IMG/VR virus record: IMGVR_UViG_3300020016_000031
Span: 1 to 31,803 of that record
Length of the DNA stretch: 31,803 nucleotides
Source: a virus
Lineage: Duplodnaviria; Caudoviricetes
Strand: one strand, 5' to 3'
Positions 18,401-26,633 of this stretch are shown here, piece by piece. The notes under the pieces are model-generated. The model saw only the letters and a list, made by a program, of their open reading frames with translations. It was not told the DNA's origin and did no database searches. Every line of letters begins with the position of its first letter. The first letter of the stretch is position 1. Made by a program: the position numbers and the translations under genes.

Positions 18401-21113
18401 TGGAAGTCTCCCTGGCGCACTGGCTCTCGGCGTCGCAGCCGCCTCACTGATGCTGATCGTTCCGGCCCTGGAACGGCTCGGCAAGATGTCTTGGGGGAGC
18501 ATCCTCAAGGGACTCGTCGGATTGGCTGCCTCACTCGCGGTGCTGGGTATCGCAGCCGAACTATTGCTCCCTGTCGCGCCCGCATTGCTGGCGATGGGTG
18601 CTGCTCTGCTGCTGATCGGTGGCGGCCTGGCCCTGGCGGGCCTAGGTATCGCGGCCATCGGCGTCGGACTAAGCGCAATCGCAGTCGCCGGTCCTGCGGC
18701 CGTACTGGTGCTCCTCAAGGCACTCGAGCAGATCGTCACAGCCATCCCCAGGTTCGTCATGGGTGTGGTCATGGGTCTGCTCACGATCATCGAGAAGGTG
18801 GCGGACGTCGCGCCGAAGTTCGTCACGGCATTTGTCAAGATCCTCTCGACGTTGCTGGATGCGGTCATCATCGTCGCGCCGAAGTTGGCCGTGGCGATCA
18901 TCGTGCTCGTCAACAACATCATCAAGGTCCTGCTCGACAGTGTTCCGAAACTGATCGATGCCGGACTCAAATTGCTGACGGCCCTACTAACAGGGATCAA
19001 GAACAACATCAGCAAGGTCACATCGATGGTCATCGATATCGTGACCAAGTTCCTGAAGACGTTGACGAGCAAGCTACCTCAGCTGACCAAGGCTGGGGCC
19101 GATTTCCTGGCTGGGATGCTGAAGGGGATCGCGAACAACATCAAGAAGGTGGTCACGGCTGCCGCCGATGTGGTCAAGGGCTTCCTCAAGGGGGTTGGCG
19201 ACAACATCAGCAAGGTGGCCACGGCCGCGGGCGATCTGGTCGTCAAATTCCTTGGTGGAGTCGCCAAGTACTACACGCGTGTAGTCACTGGTGGCGCTGA
19301 CATGATCGTCAAGCTGCTCAGTGGTATCGCCAGTAAGGCTCAGGCAGTCGTTGACAAGGCGATTTCGATCGCGGGCAAGTTCGTCAACGGTGTCGCCAAG
19401 GGTCTTGCGAAGTTGGCGGATGAAGGTGCGAAGGCGATCATCAACTTCCTCAATCGCCTGGCCGACGTTATTCGCAATCGTGGACCGCAGCTGCGCGCTG
19501 CCGGTGTGAACGTTGCGGATGCCATCATCGACGGCTTCCTCGGCGGCCTCAACGCACGGGACATTCTCAGTGCGGTCGTGAAGAAGTTCAAGGGCGTCAT
19601 CGATGCGGCCAAGCATGCTGCCGGGGCACACTCGCCTTCGGTATTCATGATCGAACTCGGCAAGAACGTCATGGAGGGCTTCGCCATCGGCATCGGCAGC
19701 AATACCGATGCTGAGAAGGCCATGGTGGCGATGTCGCAGGGTGTCATCAATGCGACCAAGTCCGTATTCCAGATTGAGTCGCCTTCAAAGGTGATGCAGG
19801 ATCTGGGCGAGTTCGTGGGCGAAGGATTCGCTGAAGGCCTGATGGGCTCCAAGGACGATATTCAGAACGCATTCGACAGCATGGAGCAGCAGCTCTCATC
19901 TGCGATGCAGTCGGCCAAGGACACACTCGAGACAGAACGTGACAAGCTCCGTCAGCTGAACAAGGCGAAGAAGAAGGACAAAGACGCAATCAAGGAGACC
20001 ACGGACGCGATCCGTGAGGCGAACAACGTCCTTATTCTCACCAAGGCGGCACACGCTGAACTGGTGAACAACCTCAAGGATGAGGCGAAGGCGCTGAAGG
20101 GTGTCTCCAAGCAGTACGAGGACATCACGGCTCAGCTCGAAGAGGCGAAGCAGAAGCTCGAGGACGCCACCAAAGCACGTGATGATGCCCAAGCAGGATT
20201 CGCAGGCGACTTCGGGGCTCTCCCCGATATCGACATGGGGACGGCTGATGATCCGAACAAAGATCCGCTCGGCACGTTCATCGCGGGCCTGCAAGATCGT
20301 ACGAACGCCGTGGCTTCATATTCCGCGACGCTCGACCAGCTTCGTGCGCTTGGTCTCGATGACAAGCTGTATCAGAAGCTGCTCACGGATGGCACCGCCG
20401 ATCAGGCGTTCGCCTCCCAGCTGCTCGCTGGCGGCAAGACCGCGGTCCAGGGTCTGAACGCCTTGGACGCTCAGCTTCAAGGCGTGTCCGGGACGCTCGC
20501 ATATCGCGCGTCTCAGAACCTCTACCAGGCCGGTGTGGATTCAGCACAGGGTCTGGTCAATGGCCTCAAGTCCAAGCAATCGGAGCTGTACAAGGCCATG
20601 GAGGCACTCGCCGAATCGATGATCAAGGCGATCAAGAAGAAGCTGAAGATGAAGTCACCATCACAGGTGTTCGCCGAAATGGGCGAGCTCTCGATGGAGG
20701 GGATGGTCAATGGTCTCGTCGGTTCCACCAAGGCCGTCACAGACGCCGCCGTCGGTGTCGCGGACGAGGCGATCAAGGCCATGAACCAGACGTTCGCCGA
20801 TGCCGCGATGGGCTATATCGACGTGGATCCGACGATCACGCCGGTGCTGAACCTGACCCAGGTCCAAAAGGATGCCGCCACGATGGCGGACATGCTCAAC
20901 GTGGTGCCGATCAACGCTGCCGCATCCTACGGACAGGCATCCGCCATATCCGCGGGACAGAACACGGTCCAGTCGGGCATGGACGCAGTGCCCGTAGCGG
21001 GCACCGTGATGCAGTTCGAACAGAACAACTACTCGCCCAAGGCACTCTCCGAGACGGAGATCTTCCGTAACACGAAGAACCAGTTGTCTCAGGCGAAGGC
21101 CGCACTGCCATAG
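15489..21113 (+). CDS. Tape measure protein (1874 aa)
   Basis: Longest ORF; N-terminal tape-measure domain (YSDKTIYNFSEM..LQDWNS), Ala/Gly/Leu-rich helical repeats, three xxSPSxV motifs. Confidence 0.93.
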   Translation: MSTVDDRVVSASFETSKFQQGVSTVLSGINRLKQALHFPNAGKGLDQVNQSASKINLSHISNAIDEIKNRFTAMKVVALQVLAGIASQAVAAGGRFVKSFTFGPVMDGLHEYETNLNSVQTILANTQASGAKLKDVNAALQDLNNYSDKTIYNFSEMARNIGTFTAAGVDLDLATQSIKGISNLAALSGSNAEQASTAMYQLSQAISSGKVGLQDWNSVVNAGMGGTVFQRALATTATKMGTLSEGAVQLKGKMKNVTIEGNSFRDSIAAKPGEKSWLTSDVLTKTLKQFTGDMTDAELKAEGFSAAQIKAIQATAKTAFKAATEVKTLSGVLDVAKESAGSGWAQTWQIIFGDFGEAKELFTGVSVAISGFISASAAARNKVLGDWKELGGRTILLRSIKIVFNDIVKVVGAVKKAFRDVFPPTTGKDLFNATKAFREFIKFLTPGIETLTKIRRTFDGLFAILSIGQQVVAGIFHFIGNLFDLIPQGDKGFLDITASIGYWLLTLDKSLKKGDQINKFFDKLTGYIAKPIAVLQKLQSKISDFFDSFLQADPTILGKGLGDMAGQLSPMEKVLKVVNTAWDKFLETLHSIQAELKPVIDSIGEAFASLGTAISETFRGGNFGDVMDALKVGLLGGILVTIRNFFKKDLGESFFGSVTGSFTDAMDALTGRMQAMQQNIKADTLMKIAIAIGILTASVVALSLINEKELNKALSAMAIGFGQLLGAMAILSSVSKSAGFIKVPFIAGAMILLATAIGILTIAVKNLSSLSWEELAKGLGGVAGLLIAISAAAGPLSKNSAGMVRAGVGILAIAVAMKVLASAVKDFGSMSWTEIGKGLAATAVALGAIGLASKLFPAGMIQIGLGLIGIAVGLKLLSGAIKTIGDMDMSTLIKGIGAIAISLGIIVAAMILMPPNLPATAAGLLLVSVALKVIASAIGDFGGMSIGELAKGLGALAASMIILGLALYGMTGSLPGALALGVAAASLMLIVPALERLGKMSWGSILKGLVGLAASLAVLGIAAELLLPVAPALLAMGAALLLIGGGLALAGLGIAAIGVGLSAIAVAGPAAVLVLLKALEQIVTAIPRFVMGVVMGLLTIIEKVADVAPKFVTAFVKILSTLLDAVIIVAPKLAVAIIVLVNNIIKVLLDSVPKLIDAGLKLLTALLTGIKNNISKVTSMVIDIVTKFLKTLTSKLPQLTKAGADFLAGMLKGIANNIKKVVTAAADVVKGFLKGVGDNISKVATAAGDLVVKFLGGVAKYYTRVVTGGADMIVKLLSGIASKAQAVVDKAISIAGKFVNGVAKGLAKLADEGAKAIINFLNRLADVIRNRGPQLRAAGVNVADAIIDGFLGGLNARDILSAVVKKFKGVIDAAKHAAGAHSPSVFMIELGKNVMEGFAIGIGSNTDAEKAMVAMSQGVINATKSVFQIESPSKVMQDLGEFVGEGFAEGLMGSKDDIQNAFDSMEQQLSSAMQSAKDTLETERDKLRQLNKAKKKDKDAIKETTDAIREANNVLILTKAAHAELVNNLKDEAKALKGVSKQYEDITAQLEEAKQKLEDATKARDDAQAGFAGDFGALPDIDMGTADDPNKDPLGTFIAGLQDRTNAVASYSATLDQLRALGLDDKLYQKLLTDGTADQAFASQLLAGGKTAVQGLNALDAQLQGVSGTLAYRASQNLYQAGVDSAQGLVNGLKSKQSELYKAMEALAESMIKAIKKKLKMKSPSQVFAEMGELSMEGMVNGLVGSTKAVTDAAVGVADEAIKAMNQTFADAAMGYIDVDPTITPVLNLTQVQKDAATMADMLNVVPINAAASYGQASAISAGQNTVQSGMDAVPVAGTVMQFEQNNYSPKALSETEIFRNTKNQLSQAKAALP

Positions 21114-21114
21114 C

Positions 21115-21157
21115 CTCATGAGCCGGGTCTCTGCCCCCTTAGGGGCCCGGCTCTGAG
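21115..21157 (+). other. GC-rich stem-loop after the tape measure gene
   Basis: GAGCCGGGTCTCT / AGGGGCCCGGCTC inverted repeat with no U-tract. Confidence 0.55.
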
Positions 21158-21183
21158 ACTGATAAGAAAGGAGATCCAAGTAA

Positions 21184-22023
21184 GTGTTGACCTCACTTGC
21201 GGCGTACAGCTCTTGGGAGTCGGCTCAGATACTCGCGATCAGCGAGCGTGGGGTGCAATTCGACCCGATCCAGATCCGGAACATCGAAGGGCTGGGGCCG
21301 GTCAAGGCTGATGTCAACACCTCGCCCCTCGGCTCGATTGACGGAGAAACCTTCGTCGGTGCGCACACGCCAAAGCGCAACATCGTTCTCACGGTCGGGC
21401 TGAATCCCGATTGGGACGATTGGTCGATGGAATCCCTGCGTAGGTTGCTCTACACATATTTCATGCCGAAGCGCCCGATCAAGCTCGTCTTCAAGAGCGA
21501 CGACGACTTCCCTGACGTGACGATCTCCGGCTACACCGAATCGGTCGAACCGAACATCTTCGCCAAGGATGTGGAGATCCAGATCTCGATCCTCTGCCCG
21601 GATCCATATTTCACGGCTGTCGAACCGACAATCGTGAACGGAAACGTCGGTGGCGGGATCAAGACGATCGTCTACAACGGAACGATCGAAACCGGCTACA
21701 CGGTCAAGGTCACTCAGATCGTGCCTCCCGATGCCGCGCTCATCACGATTCGCACTGGTGATCCCTTCACTTCGGAATTCTTCGTCACGTGCACCATCAG
21801 TGCGACGAAGTATCTGCTCGTGAACTCGATTCCTGGCGACAAGTACGTCAGGAACATCGAGCTGAACACGGGCATCATCACCAATCTTCTGTATCAGGTG
21901 AGCCCGGGCTACGTCTGGCCACTTCTGATCCCCGGCCCCAACAAGATCAACATCCTCTCCAACGTCCCAGCGATCGTCGCCGCATACCAGATCTCATATT
22001 TCGAGAAGTTCGGAGGTCTCTGA
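21184..22023 (+). CDS. Distal tail (Dit-like) protein
   Basis: First gene after the tape measure; IEGLGPVKA..RNIVLT..ISILCPDPYF pattern. Confidence 0.75.
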   Translation: MLTSLAAYSSWESAQILAISERGVQFDPIQIRNIEGLGPVKADVNTSPLGSIDGETFVGAHTPKRNIVLTVGLNPDWDDWSMESLRRLLYTYFMPKRPIKLVFKSDDDFPDVTISGYTESVEPNIFAKDVEIQISILCPDPYFTAVEPTIVNGNVGGGIKTIVYNGTIETGYTVKVTQIVPPDAALITIRTGDPFTSEFFVTCTISATKYLLVNSIPGDKYVRNIELNTGIITNLLYQVSPGYVWPLLIPGPNKINILSNVPAIVAAYQISYFEKFGGL

Positions 22024-23163
22024 GTGGTACTTTTCACTGTGGCCAGAGACTTCAAACGACAGCAGACGCTCGACAAGTTCAACTCGGTGATCTGGACCGA
22101 GCGTTATTACGGCGACAGCGAAGTCGAGCTGGTGGTTCCGAACACACCGGCACTCGCGCAGATCCTGACACCGGGCATATTCGTCGCGCTCGAGGGCTCT
22201 CGAGAACTGATGATTCTGGAGACGGCGAACTTCGACAAGGAGAACAACCTCAAGGTCACGGGCATCTCGTTGCTCAAGTGGCTGAACAACCGCATCATTC
22301 GCACCTCGGCGAAGCATGAAGATCGTTACTGGAACGTCACCCAAGCGCCTGGGTACACGCTTCAGACGATGGTCTACTTCATGTGCGTGGGCGGTACCTA
22401 TATCGACGGGACGACACCCAACGGCATTCCTAACATGGCCTCGATGAAGGTGCCTGGTCTGTACACCTACGAATGGGACAAATCCGGTGCCGTCGTCAAC
22501 ACCGGCATTCCGTTCGGGCCGTTGTTCGATGCCTTGTACGAGATCGCCACCACGTACGAGCTGGGTCAACAGATCCTCCTGAACACGAACAACAATCCTG
22601 CCGAAGTGAATCGGCTGCAGTACCGGAACTACAAGGGCATCGATCGCACGAGTGCCCAGACCACATATCCTGTGGTCCGCTTCTCCTCGGACATGGACTC
22701 GCTGACCGACGTCGAGGAGCTCCAGTCGATCGCCAACTACAAGACCGTGGTGTACGCCTTCGCTCCCGGTCTCGACGAAGCATCACGCCCATTGGCCACG
22801 ACACCAGGCGTTCAGAGCCGTGTAACGACAGCCGGTACCGGTTCTGGATTCGATCTCCGTGCACAGATGGTCTTCGCCGAAGACATCACCACGGATCAGG
22901 TCGGCGGAGACGCCGCCAAGTTGCTCGACATCCTCAACTCGAGGGCCAAGGATGGTTTGGCGAACTCCGAGTACGTCCAGGTCGTGGACGGCGAGATCGT
23001 TCCAACCGCTCAGTTCAAGTACGGACGCGACTATGGGATGGGTGATCTGATCGAGATTCAAGGGAAGAGCGGCGCGATCAACAGAGCGCGCGTGACCGAA
23101 TACATCCGATCCCAGGATGCCGAGGGTGAGAAGGCATATCCGACGGTGACGGTAAAGCCTTGA
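22024..23163 (+). CDS. Minor tail protein (ReqiPepy6 Gp37-like)
   Basis: SVIWTERYY..FKYGRDYGMGDLI..RVTEYIRSQD motifs; position after Dit. Confidence 0.75.
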   Translation: MVLFTVARDFKRQQTLDKFNSVIWTERYYGDSEVELVVPNTPALAQILTPGIFVALEGSRELMILETANFDKENNLKVTGISLLKWLNNRIIRTSAKHEDRYWNVTQAPGYTLQTMVYFMCVGGTYIDGTTPNGIPNMASMKVPGLYTYEWDKSGAVVNTGIPFGPLFDALYEIATTYELGQQILLNTNNNPAEVNRLQYRNYKGIDRTSAQTTYPVVRFSSDMDSLTDVEELQSIANYKTVVYAFAPGLDEASRPLATTPGVQSRVTTAGTGSGFDLRAQMVFAEDITTDQVGGDAAKLLDILNSRAKDGLANSEYVQVVDGEIVPTAQFKYGRDYGMGDLIEIQGKSGAINRARVTEYIRSQDAEGEKAYPTVTVKP

Positions 23164-23468
23164 TGGTGTTCGAGGTCATATTCATCGCCCTTGTACTTGG
23201 CGTCATCGATCCCATATTCGCAGCTGTCGTTGTCGCCATCATCGCCCCAATTGGCGCATATCTGGCAGCTGCTCGCAAGATGTCGGGCAAGATCCATACC
23301 AGCGAGGCAACAGATTTGTGGGCGGAGAGCAAGGCCATCCGGGAATGGTCGCAGCAGGAGATCCTGGACCTGCGTGCAGCGCTGAAGGACTGTCTGGCCA
23401 GGATTGCATCACTCGAGGCCGAGAACAAGGATCTACGAGAGAGGTTGGATCAACATGCCGCCCCCTGA
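23163..23468 (+). CDS. Membrane protein with C-terminal coiled coil (lysis-associated?)
   Basis: Hydrophobic N-terminal ~35 aa followed by heptads (IASLEAENKDLRERL). Confidence 0.6.
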   Translation: MVFEVIFIALVLGVIDPIFAAVVVAIIAPIGAYLAAARKMSGKIHTSEATDLWAESKAIREWSQQEILDLRAALKDCLARIASLEAENKDLRERLDQHAAP

Positions 23469-23832
23469 GGAAGAGAATCGTCGCCGGAGAAGCGATGATC
23501 CGGAGGCTCTACTCACCTCAGATCCACCTATCGCAGCCATCACACAAGACGTGGGTCAATCGATCCGTAACACGCTGCGAGTCCTGATCGGCGCCACAGT
23601 GGTGTTGTACGTGATCATGTTCGGCTTCATGGGCTGGACCTGGAACGTTGCACGAAACACCAACGAAGCTCTATGCGCTGTCAGATCGAACGCTGAAGTC
23701 CAGCGAGACAGCGCCAAACAGTTCCTGAAGGAACATCCGGCGGGTTTTCCGGGGATCACGGCCGAGCAATTGCAGGCCAGTGTGAGCAACTACGAGAACA
23801 TCGCCAAATCGTTGAGCAAACTGAACTGCTAA
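23455..23832 (+). CDS. Single-pass membrane protein (lysis-associated?)
   Basis: ATG 23455 after GAGAGG; TM segment VLIGATVVLYVIMFGFMGW; two Cys residues. Confidence 0.6.
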   Translation: MPPPEEENRRRRSDDPEALLTSDPPIAAITQDVGQSIRNTLRVLIGATVVLYVIMFGFMGWTWNVARNTNEALCAVRSNAEVQRDSAKQFLKEHPAGFPGITAEQLQASVSNYENIAKSLSKLNC

Positions 23833-23842
23833 GGGGAACAAC

Positions 23843-24181
23843 ATGGAAGCATTTCTGAGTGACAAGGCATACAGCACGATCAAGTGGGCGGTGGTCATCG
23901 TCCTGCCCGCGATCGGCACGTTGTATTTCGCTTTGGCCTCGATCTGGGGGCTTCCGGCGGCAGAACAGGTGATGGGAACGATCCTGGCGCTCCAGGCGTT
24001 CCTGGGCATCGTGCTCGGGATCAGCAGCAAGTCCTACAACGCCAGCGACGCCCAGTACGCGGGCGCGATCAACATGAGCCACACGGAGAAGGGGCTCCTA
24101 TATTCTCTCGATCTGAACGGGGATCCTGAGGACATCCAGCACCAGGACAAGGTCATATTCAAGGTCAATCCTCCCCTGTAG
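23843..24181 (+). CDS. Holin (Dp-1-like)
   Basis: LSDKAYSTIKW..LPAIGTLYFALASIWGLP..FLGIVLGISSKSY; two TM segments. Confidence 0.8.
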   Translation: MEAFLSDKAYSTIKWAVVIVLPAIGTLYFALASIWGLPAAEQVMGTILALQAFLGIVLGISSKSYNASDAQYAGAINMSHTEKGLLYSLDLNGDPEDIQHQDKVIFKVNPPL

Positions 24182-24186
24182 TGCTC

Positions 24187-24214
24187 TCGCGGATAAAACA
24201 CGGTATGTAATAGA
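24187..24214 (+). promoter_or_regulatory. Repeated promoter-like motif, copy 1
   Basis: TCGCG-GAT-AAAAC-ACGG-TA-TGTAAT. Confidence 0.75.
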
Positions 24215-24234
24215 CCACTAAACAAAGGAGCACC

Positions 24235-24525
24235 ATGCCCAACCCGTTCAAGAAGAAACCAAGCCAGATCGACAAAATGATCTCGCGCGCTTCTGCGAAT
24301 CTGGAGTTGATCAAGCAAGGTACCGAAGAGTACACCGAAGCCCTCAAGACGCTTCAGGCGTATCACGAGCTCAAGATGAAGGAAACTCCATCTTGGCGCG
24401 TGAGCCCTGACACCGTCCTGCTGTGCGCGGTGAACCTCGTCGGCATCGCCATGATCACCAGGTACGAGAAGACCGAGATCGTCACGTCGAAGGCTCAGAG
24501 CTTCGTCGCACGAGCAACGCCCTGA
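24235..24525 (+). CDS. Small hypothetical protein, cassette 1
   Basis: AAAGGAG RBS; hydrophobic segment near the C-terminus. Confidence 0.7.
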   Translation: MPNPFKKKPSQIDKMISRASANLELIKQGTEEYTEALKTLQAYHELKMKETPSWRVSPDTVLLCAVNLVGIAMITRYEKTEIVTSKAQSFVARATP

Positions 24526-24540
24526 TATTTAGAAGTCCCG

Positions 24541-24571
24541 ATGAAGGGCCGCAAACGCGGCCTTTCATTTT
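24541..24571 (+). terminator. Intrinsic terminator-like hairpin
   Basis: ATGAAGGGCCGC-AAAC-GCGGCCTTTCAT-TTT. Confidence 0.75.
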
Positions 24572-24607
24572 CGCCTCAAAACCATGGAGTGGTGTTTTTT
24601 GCATCGC

Positions 24608-24630
24608 AAAAATACCCGGGGGGAAATTTT
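24608..24630. repeat. Second copy of the A-tract/CCC-GGG/T-tract palindrome seen at 4-27
   Basis: AAAAATACCCGGGGGGAAATTTT. Confidence 0.6.
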
Positions 24631-24640
24631 GGAGAGAAGT

Positions 24641-24669
24641 TCGCGTAGAAAACATGGGTCTAGATGAGA
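24641..24669 (+). promoter_or_regulatory. Repeated promoter-like motif, copy 2
   Basis: TCGCG-TAG-AAAAC-ATGG-GT-CTAGAT-GAGA. Confidence 0.75.
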
Positions 24670-24694
24670 GATAATCTAACCGAAAGGAAACACA

Positions 24695-24877
24695 ATGACC
24701 ATCATCAATCCGACCATCGACCGCAAGATCACCATGCTTCAGGTCACCGCCCTCGTCAAGAAGGACGTTATTACTAACGCCATCAACGAGCGCCGTGCCG
24801 AGCGTGCGATCAAGAAGTCGCAGAAGAAGATTGGCGAGTACGTTGCTACTCCCTACTGCAAGACCATCACTGCATAA
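24695..24877 (+). CDS. Small basic hypothetical protein (60 aa)
   Basis: GAAAGGA RBS; lies between a promoter motif and a hairpin. Confidence 0.65.
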   Translation: MTIINPTIDRKITMLQVTALVKKDVITNAINERRAERAIKKSQKKIGEYVATPYCKTITA

Positions 24878-24912
24878 AACCTCACAGCCCCTAACACGGG
24901 CTTAGGTTTTTT
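24876..24912 (+). terminator. Terminator-like hairpin (type A)
   Basis: AAAACCT..AGCCC-CTAACAC-GGGCTTAGGTTTTTT; near-identical to 25739-25770. Confidence 0.7.
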
Positions 24913-24931
24913 CCAAACAGAAAGGACAAAC

Positions 24932-25174
24932 ATGCTCTCTTCATTTTCTCTCAGCAACTTCACCAAGCAGGACGCCATCATCGCGCTCTACAGCGTCGTG
25001 ATCGTGTACCAGGATGTCGCCATCAAGAAGCTCCGGGCGCAGAATGAGACGCTCTGGGCCGACGTCGTATATTTGACCGACATGCTCAACAAGAACGGCA
25101 TCACGCTCGACGCGTTCGACGAGATCGCGCTCAACCATGTCCAGAAGCGACATCGCGAAGAAAACATGGATTAG
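24932..25174 (+). CDS. Small membrane-anchored hypothetical protein
   Basis: CAGAAAGGA RBS; AIIALYSVVIVY hydrophobic segment. Confidence 0.65.
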   Translation: MLSSFSLSNFTKQDAIIALYSVVIVYQDVAIKKLRAQNETLWADVVYLTDMLNKNGITLDAFDEIALNHVQKRHREENMD

Positions 25175-25181
25175 GATGAGA
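25153..25181 (+). promoter_or_regulatory. Repeated promoter-like motif, copy 3
   Basis: TCGCG-AAG-AAAAC-ATGG-AT-TAGGAT-GAGA; overlaps the upstream stop codon. Confidence 0.75.
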
Positions 25182-25204
25182 GATACCTAATCGAAAGGAC
25201 CACC

Positions 25205-25420
25205 ATGTTTCGCAATCGCGCGCTTCAGTTGAAGTGGACCAAGGTCGACCCCGCCGAAGAGAACAACGCCAACAGCGCCCCCAAGAATTCACCCGAGACT
25301 GCCGTCATCGAGGTGGTCAAGGAGAGCACCAAGTACGCGCTGCTCATGTTCGCCGGGTACAAGACCCTGGACACAATCAGCAAGATCGCAGTGCAGACCG
25401 CAGGAACCAAGATCAAGTAA
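25205..25420 (+). CDS. Small hypothetical protein (71 aa)
   Basis: GAAAGGA RBS; bounded by a promoter motif and a hairpin. Confidence 0.7.
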   Translation: MFRNRALQLKWTKVDPAEENNANSAPKNSPETAVIEVVKESTKYALLMFAGYKTLDTISKIAVQTAGTKIK

Positions 25421-25426
25421 GACCTC

Positions 25427-25459
25427 AAGCTAAATTCACAAACGTGGGTTTAGCTTTTT
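25427..25459 (+). terminator. Intrinsic terminator-like hairpin
   Basis: AAGCTAAATTCAC-AAAC-GTGGGTTTAGCTT-TTT. Confidence 0.75.
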
Positions 25460-25472
25460 GCCTTGTAGATAT

Positions 25473-25501
25473 TCGCGACAAAAACATGGCTCTAGATAGA
25501 A
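25473..25501 (+). promoter_or_regulatory. Repeated promoter-like motif, copy 4
   Basis: TCGCG-ACA-AAAAC-ATGG-CT-CTAGAT. Confidence 0.75.
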
Positions 25502-25530
25502 GACAACCCCCTATTCCACAAGGAGTACCC

Positions 25531-25737
25531 ATGTCAGACGAAACGACCACCGAGGAGACCATCAAGGAATCCCGCTGGAAGAAGTTTGCCCCCGCCGCCC
25601 TCGGTACCGGATTCGTGACGCTTATGCTCGCGCCCGGTGCCCTGTACGTCGCTGGCAGCATCATCCAGTACAAGACCGCCCAGGTCAACCTCGAGATCGC
25701 CCAGCTGAAGGAACTCGCCGAAGAGGCCACGTCCTAA
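25531..25737 (+). CDS. Small single-pass membrane protein (68 aa)
   Basis: AAGGAG RBS, ATG 25531; TM segment ALGTGFVTLMLAPGALYVAGSII. Confidence 0.7.
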   Translation: MSDETTTEETIKESRWKKFAPAALGTGFVTLMLAPGALYVAGSIIQYKTAQVNLEIAQLKELAEEATS

Positions 25738-25738
25738 C

Positions 25739-25770
25739 AACCTACAGCCCCTACACGGGGCTTAGGTTTT
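25739..25770 (+). terminator. Terminator-like hairpin (type A)
   Basis: AACCTACAGCCCC-TACAC-GGGGCTTAGGTTTT. Confidence 0.7.
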
Positions 25771-25773
25771 GAT

Positions 25774-25802
25774 TCGCGAAAAAAACTCGGCATATAATAG
25801 GA
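25774..25802 (+). promoter_or_regulatory. Repeated promoter-like motif, copy 5
   Basis: TCGCG-AAA-AAAAC-TCGG-CA-TATAAT (perfect -10 box). Confidence 0.8.
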
Positions 25803-25823
25803 GACCACTATCTAGGAGTCACA

Positions 25824-26006
25824 ATGAACAAGTTTTTCGAGAACCTGAAGTCCCAGTCCGAAGAGAACCCCACACTCGCACTGGCCGTCGGAGCCGCCGC
25901 TGTTACCGCAGCCGCCAAGCTCTTGAAGGCCGCCAGCGAGTCAAGGAACTCGAAGGCCTGGGCCAAGGAAGTCGATCGACGTGCCATGAAGGACCGCATC
26001 AAGTAG
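25824..26006 (+). CDS. Small membrane-anchored protein (60 aa)
   Basis: TAGGAG RBS; LALAVGAAAVTAAA hydrophobic segment followed by a basic tail. Confidence 0.7.
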   Translation: MNKFFENLKSQSEENPTLALAVGAAAVTAAAKLLKAASESRNSKAWAKEVDRRAMKDRIK

Positions 26007-26013
26007 CTTCCCC

Positions 26014-26042
26014 GCCTAATCCCACATGGGATTAGGTTTTTT
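26014..26042 (+). terminator. Terminator-like hairpin (type B)
   Basis: GCCTAATCCCA-CA-TGGGATTAGGT-TTTTT. Confidence 0.75.
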
Positions 26043-26066
26043 CTTCTCAAACAGAAAGGCAATCAC

Positions 26067-26189
26067 ATGTCCCGCAGTGCTCGCAAGAAGAAGTACAAGT
26101 TCCGCAACTTCCTGTTCGACATCCTGATGACCTGCCTCACCGGTGGTTTCTGGCTCATCTGGGTCTTCGTCCGCGAGATGCGCAAATAG
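26067..26189 (+). CDS. 40-aa membrane microprotein (absent from the ORF track)
   Basis: CAGAAAGG RBS; MSRSARKKKYKFRNFLFDILMTCLTGGFWLIWVFVREMRK. Confidence 0.7.
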   Translation: MSRSARKKKYKFRNFLFDILMTCLTGGFWLIWVFVREMRK

Positions 26190-26193
26190 CCTG

Positions 26194-26352
26194 ATGCGCA
26201 TCCCCAGCAAGAAGCGGCCTTTCCGCATCATCTTGTCATATCCCAATGGGACGACCAAGACGGTGATCGTGAAGGCCGCTACGCGCATGACGGCTGAGGA
26301 CCGTGCGCTCAAGCGCAATCCGAATGCCGATGGCGTTCAACGCCGCACATGA
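26194..26352 (+). CDS. Small basic hypothetical protein (52 aa)
   Basis: ATG just after the upstream stop; ATGA overlap downstream. Confidence 0.55.
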   Translation: MRIPSKKRPFRIILSYPNGTTKTVIVKAATRMTAEDRALKRNPNADGVQRRT

Positions 26353-26633
26353 ACGAGATCCTTTTCGCTCTGTGCGCGTTCGCATATTTCTATGCGATCT
26401 GGAAGTCGTGCGACTCGCTGTACGACCGCTTCGAACGGTGGCGCCACAAGCGCACCTTGGACAAACAATTCAAACAAACAGAAAGGTTCCGGAGTGAACT
26501 TCGTGAGCGACCTGGTCGACAGGTCGGTGAAGTTGATGAGTCAGAACTCGACTGGTCTCCTGACTGGAATTGGTGTCGTTGGGACGATCAGCACCGCAAT
26601 TCTGACCGGCCGAGCGACATTCAAAGCAGCTGA
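26349..26633 (+). CDS. Small membrane protein; 3' part overlaps the next gene
   Basis: ILFALCAFAYFYAIW hydrophobic N-terminus; ATGA coupling. Confidence 0.45.
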   Translation: MNEILFALCAFAYFYAIWKSCDSLYDRFERWRHKRTLDKQFKQTERFRSELRERPGRQVGEVDESELDWSPDWNWCRWDDQHRNSDRPSDIQSS

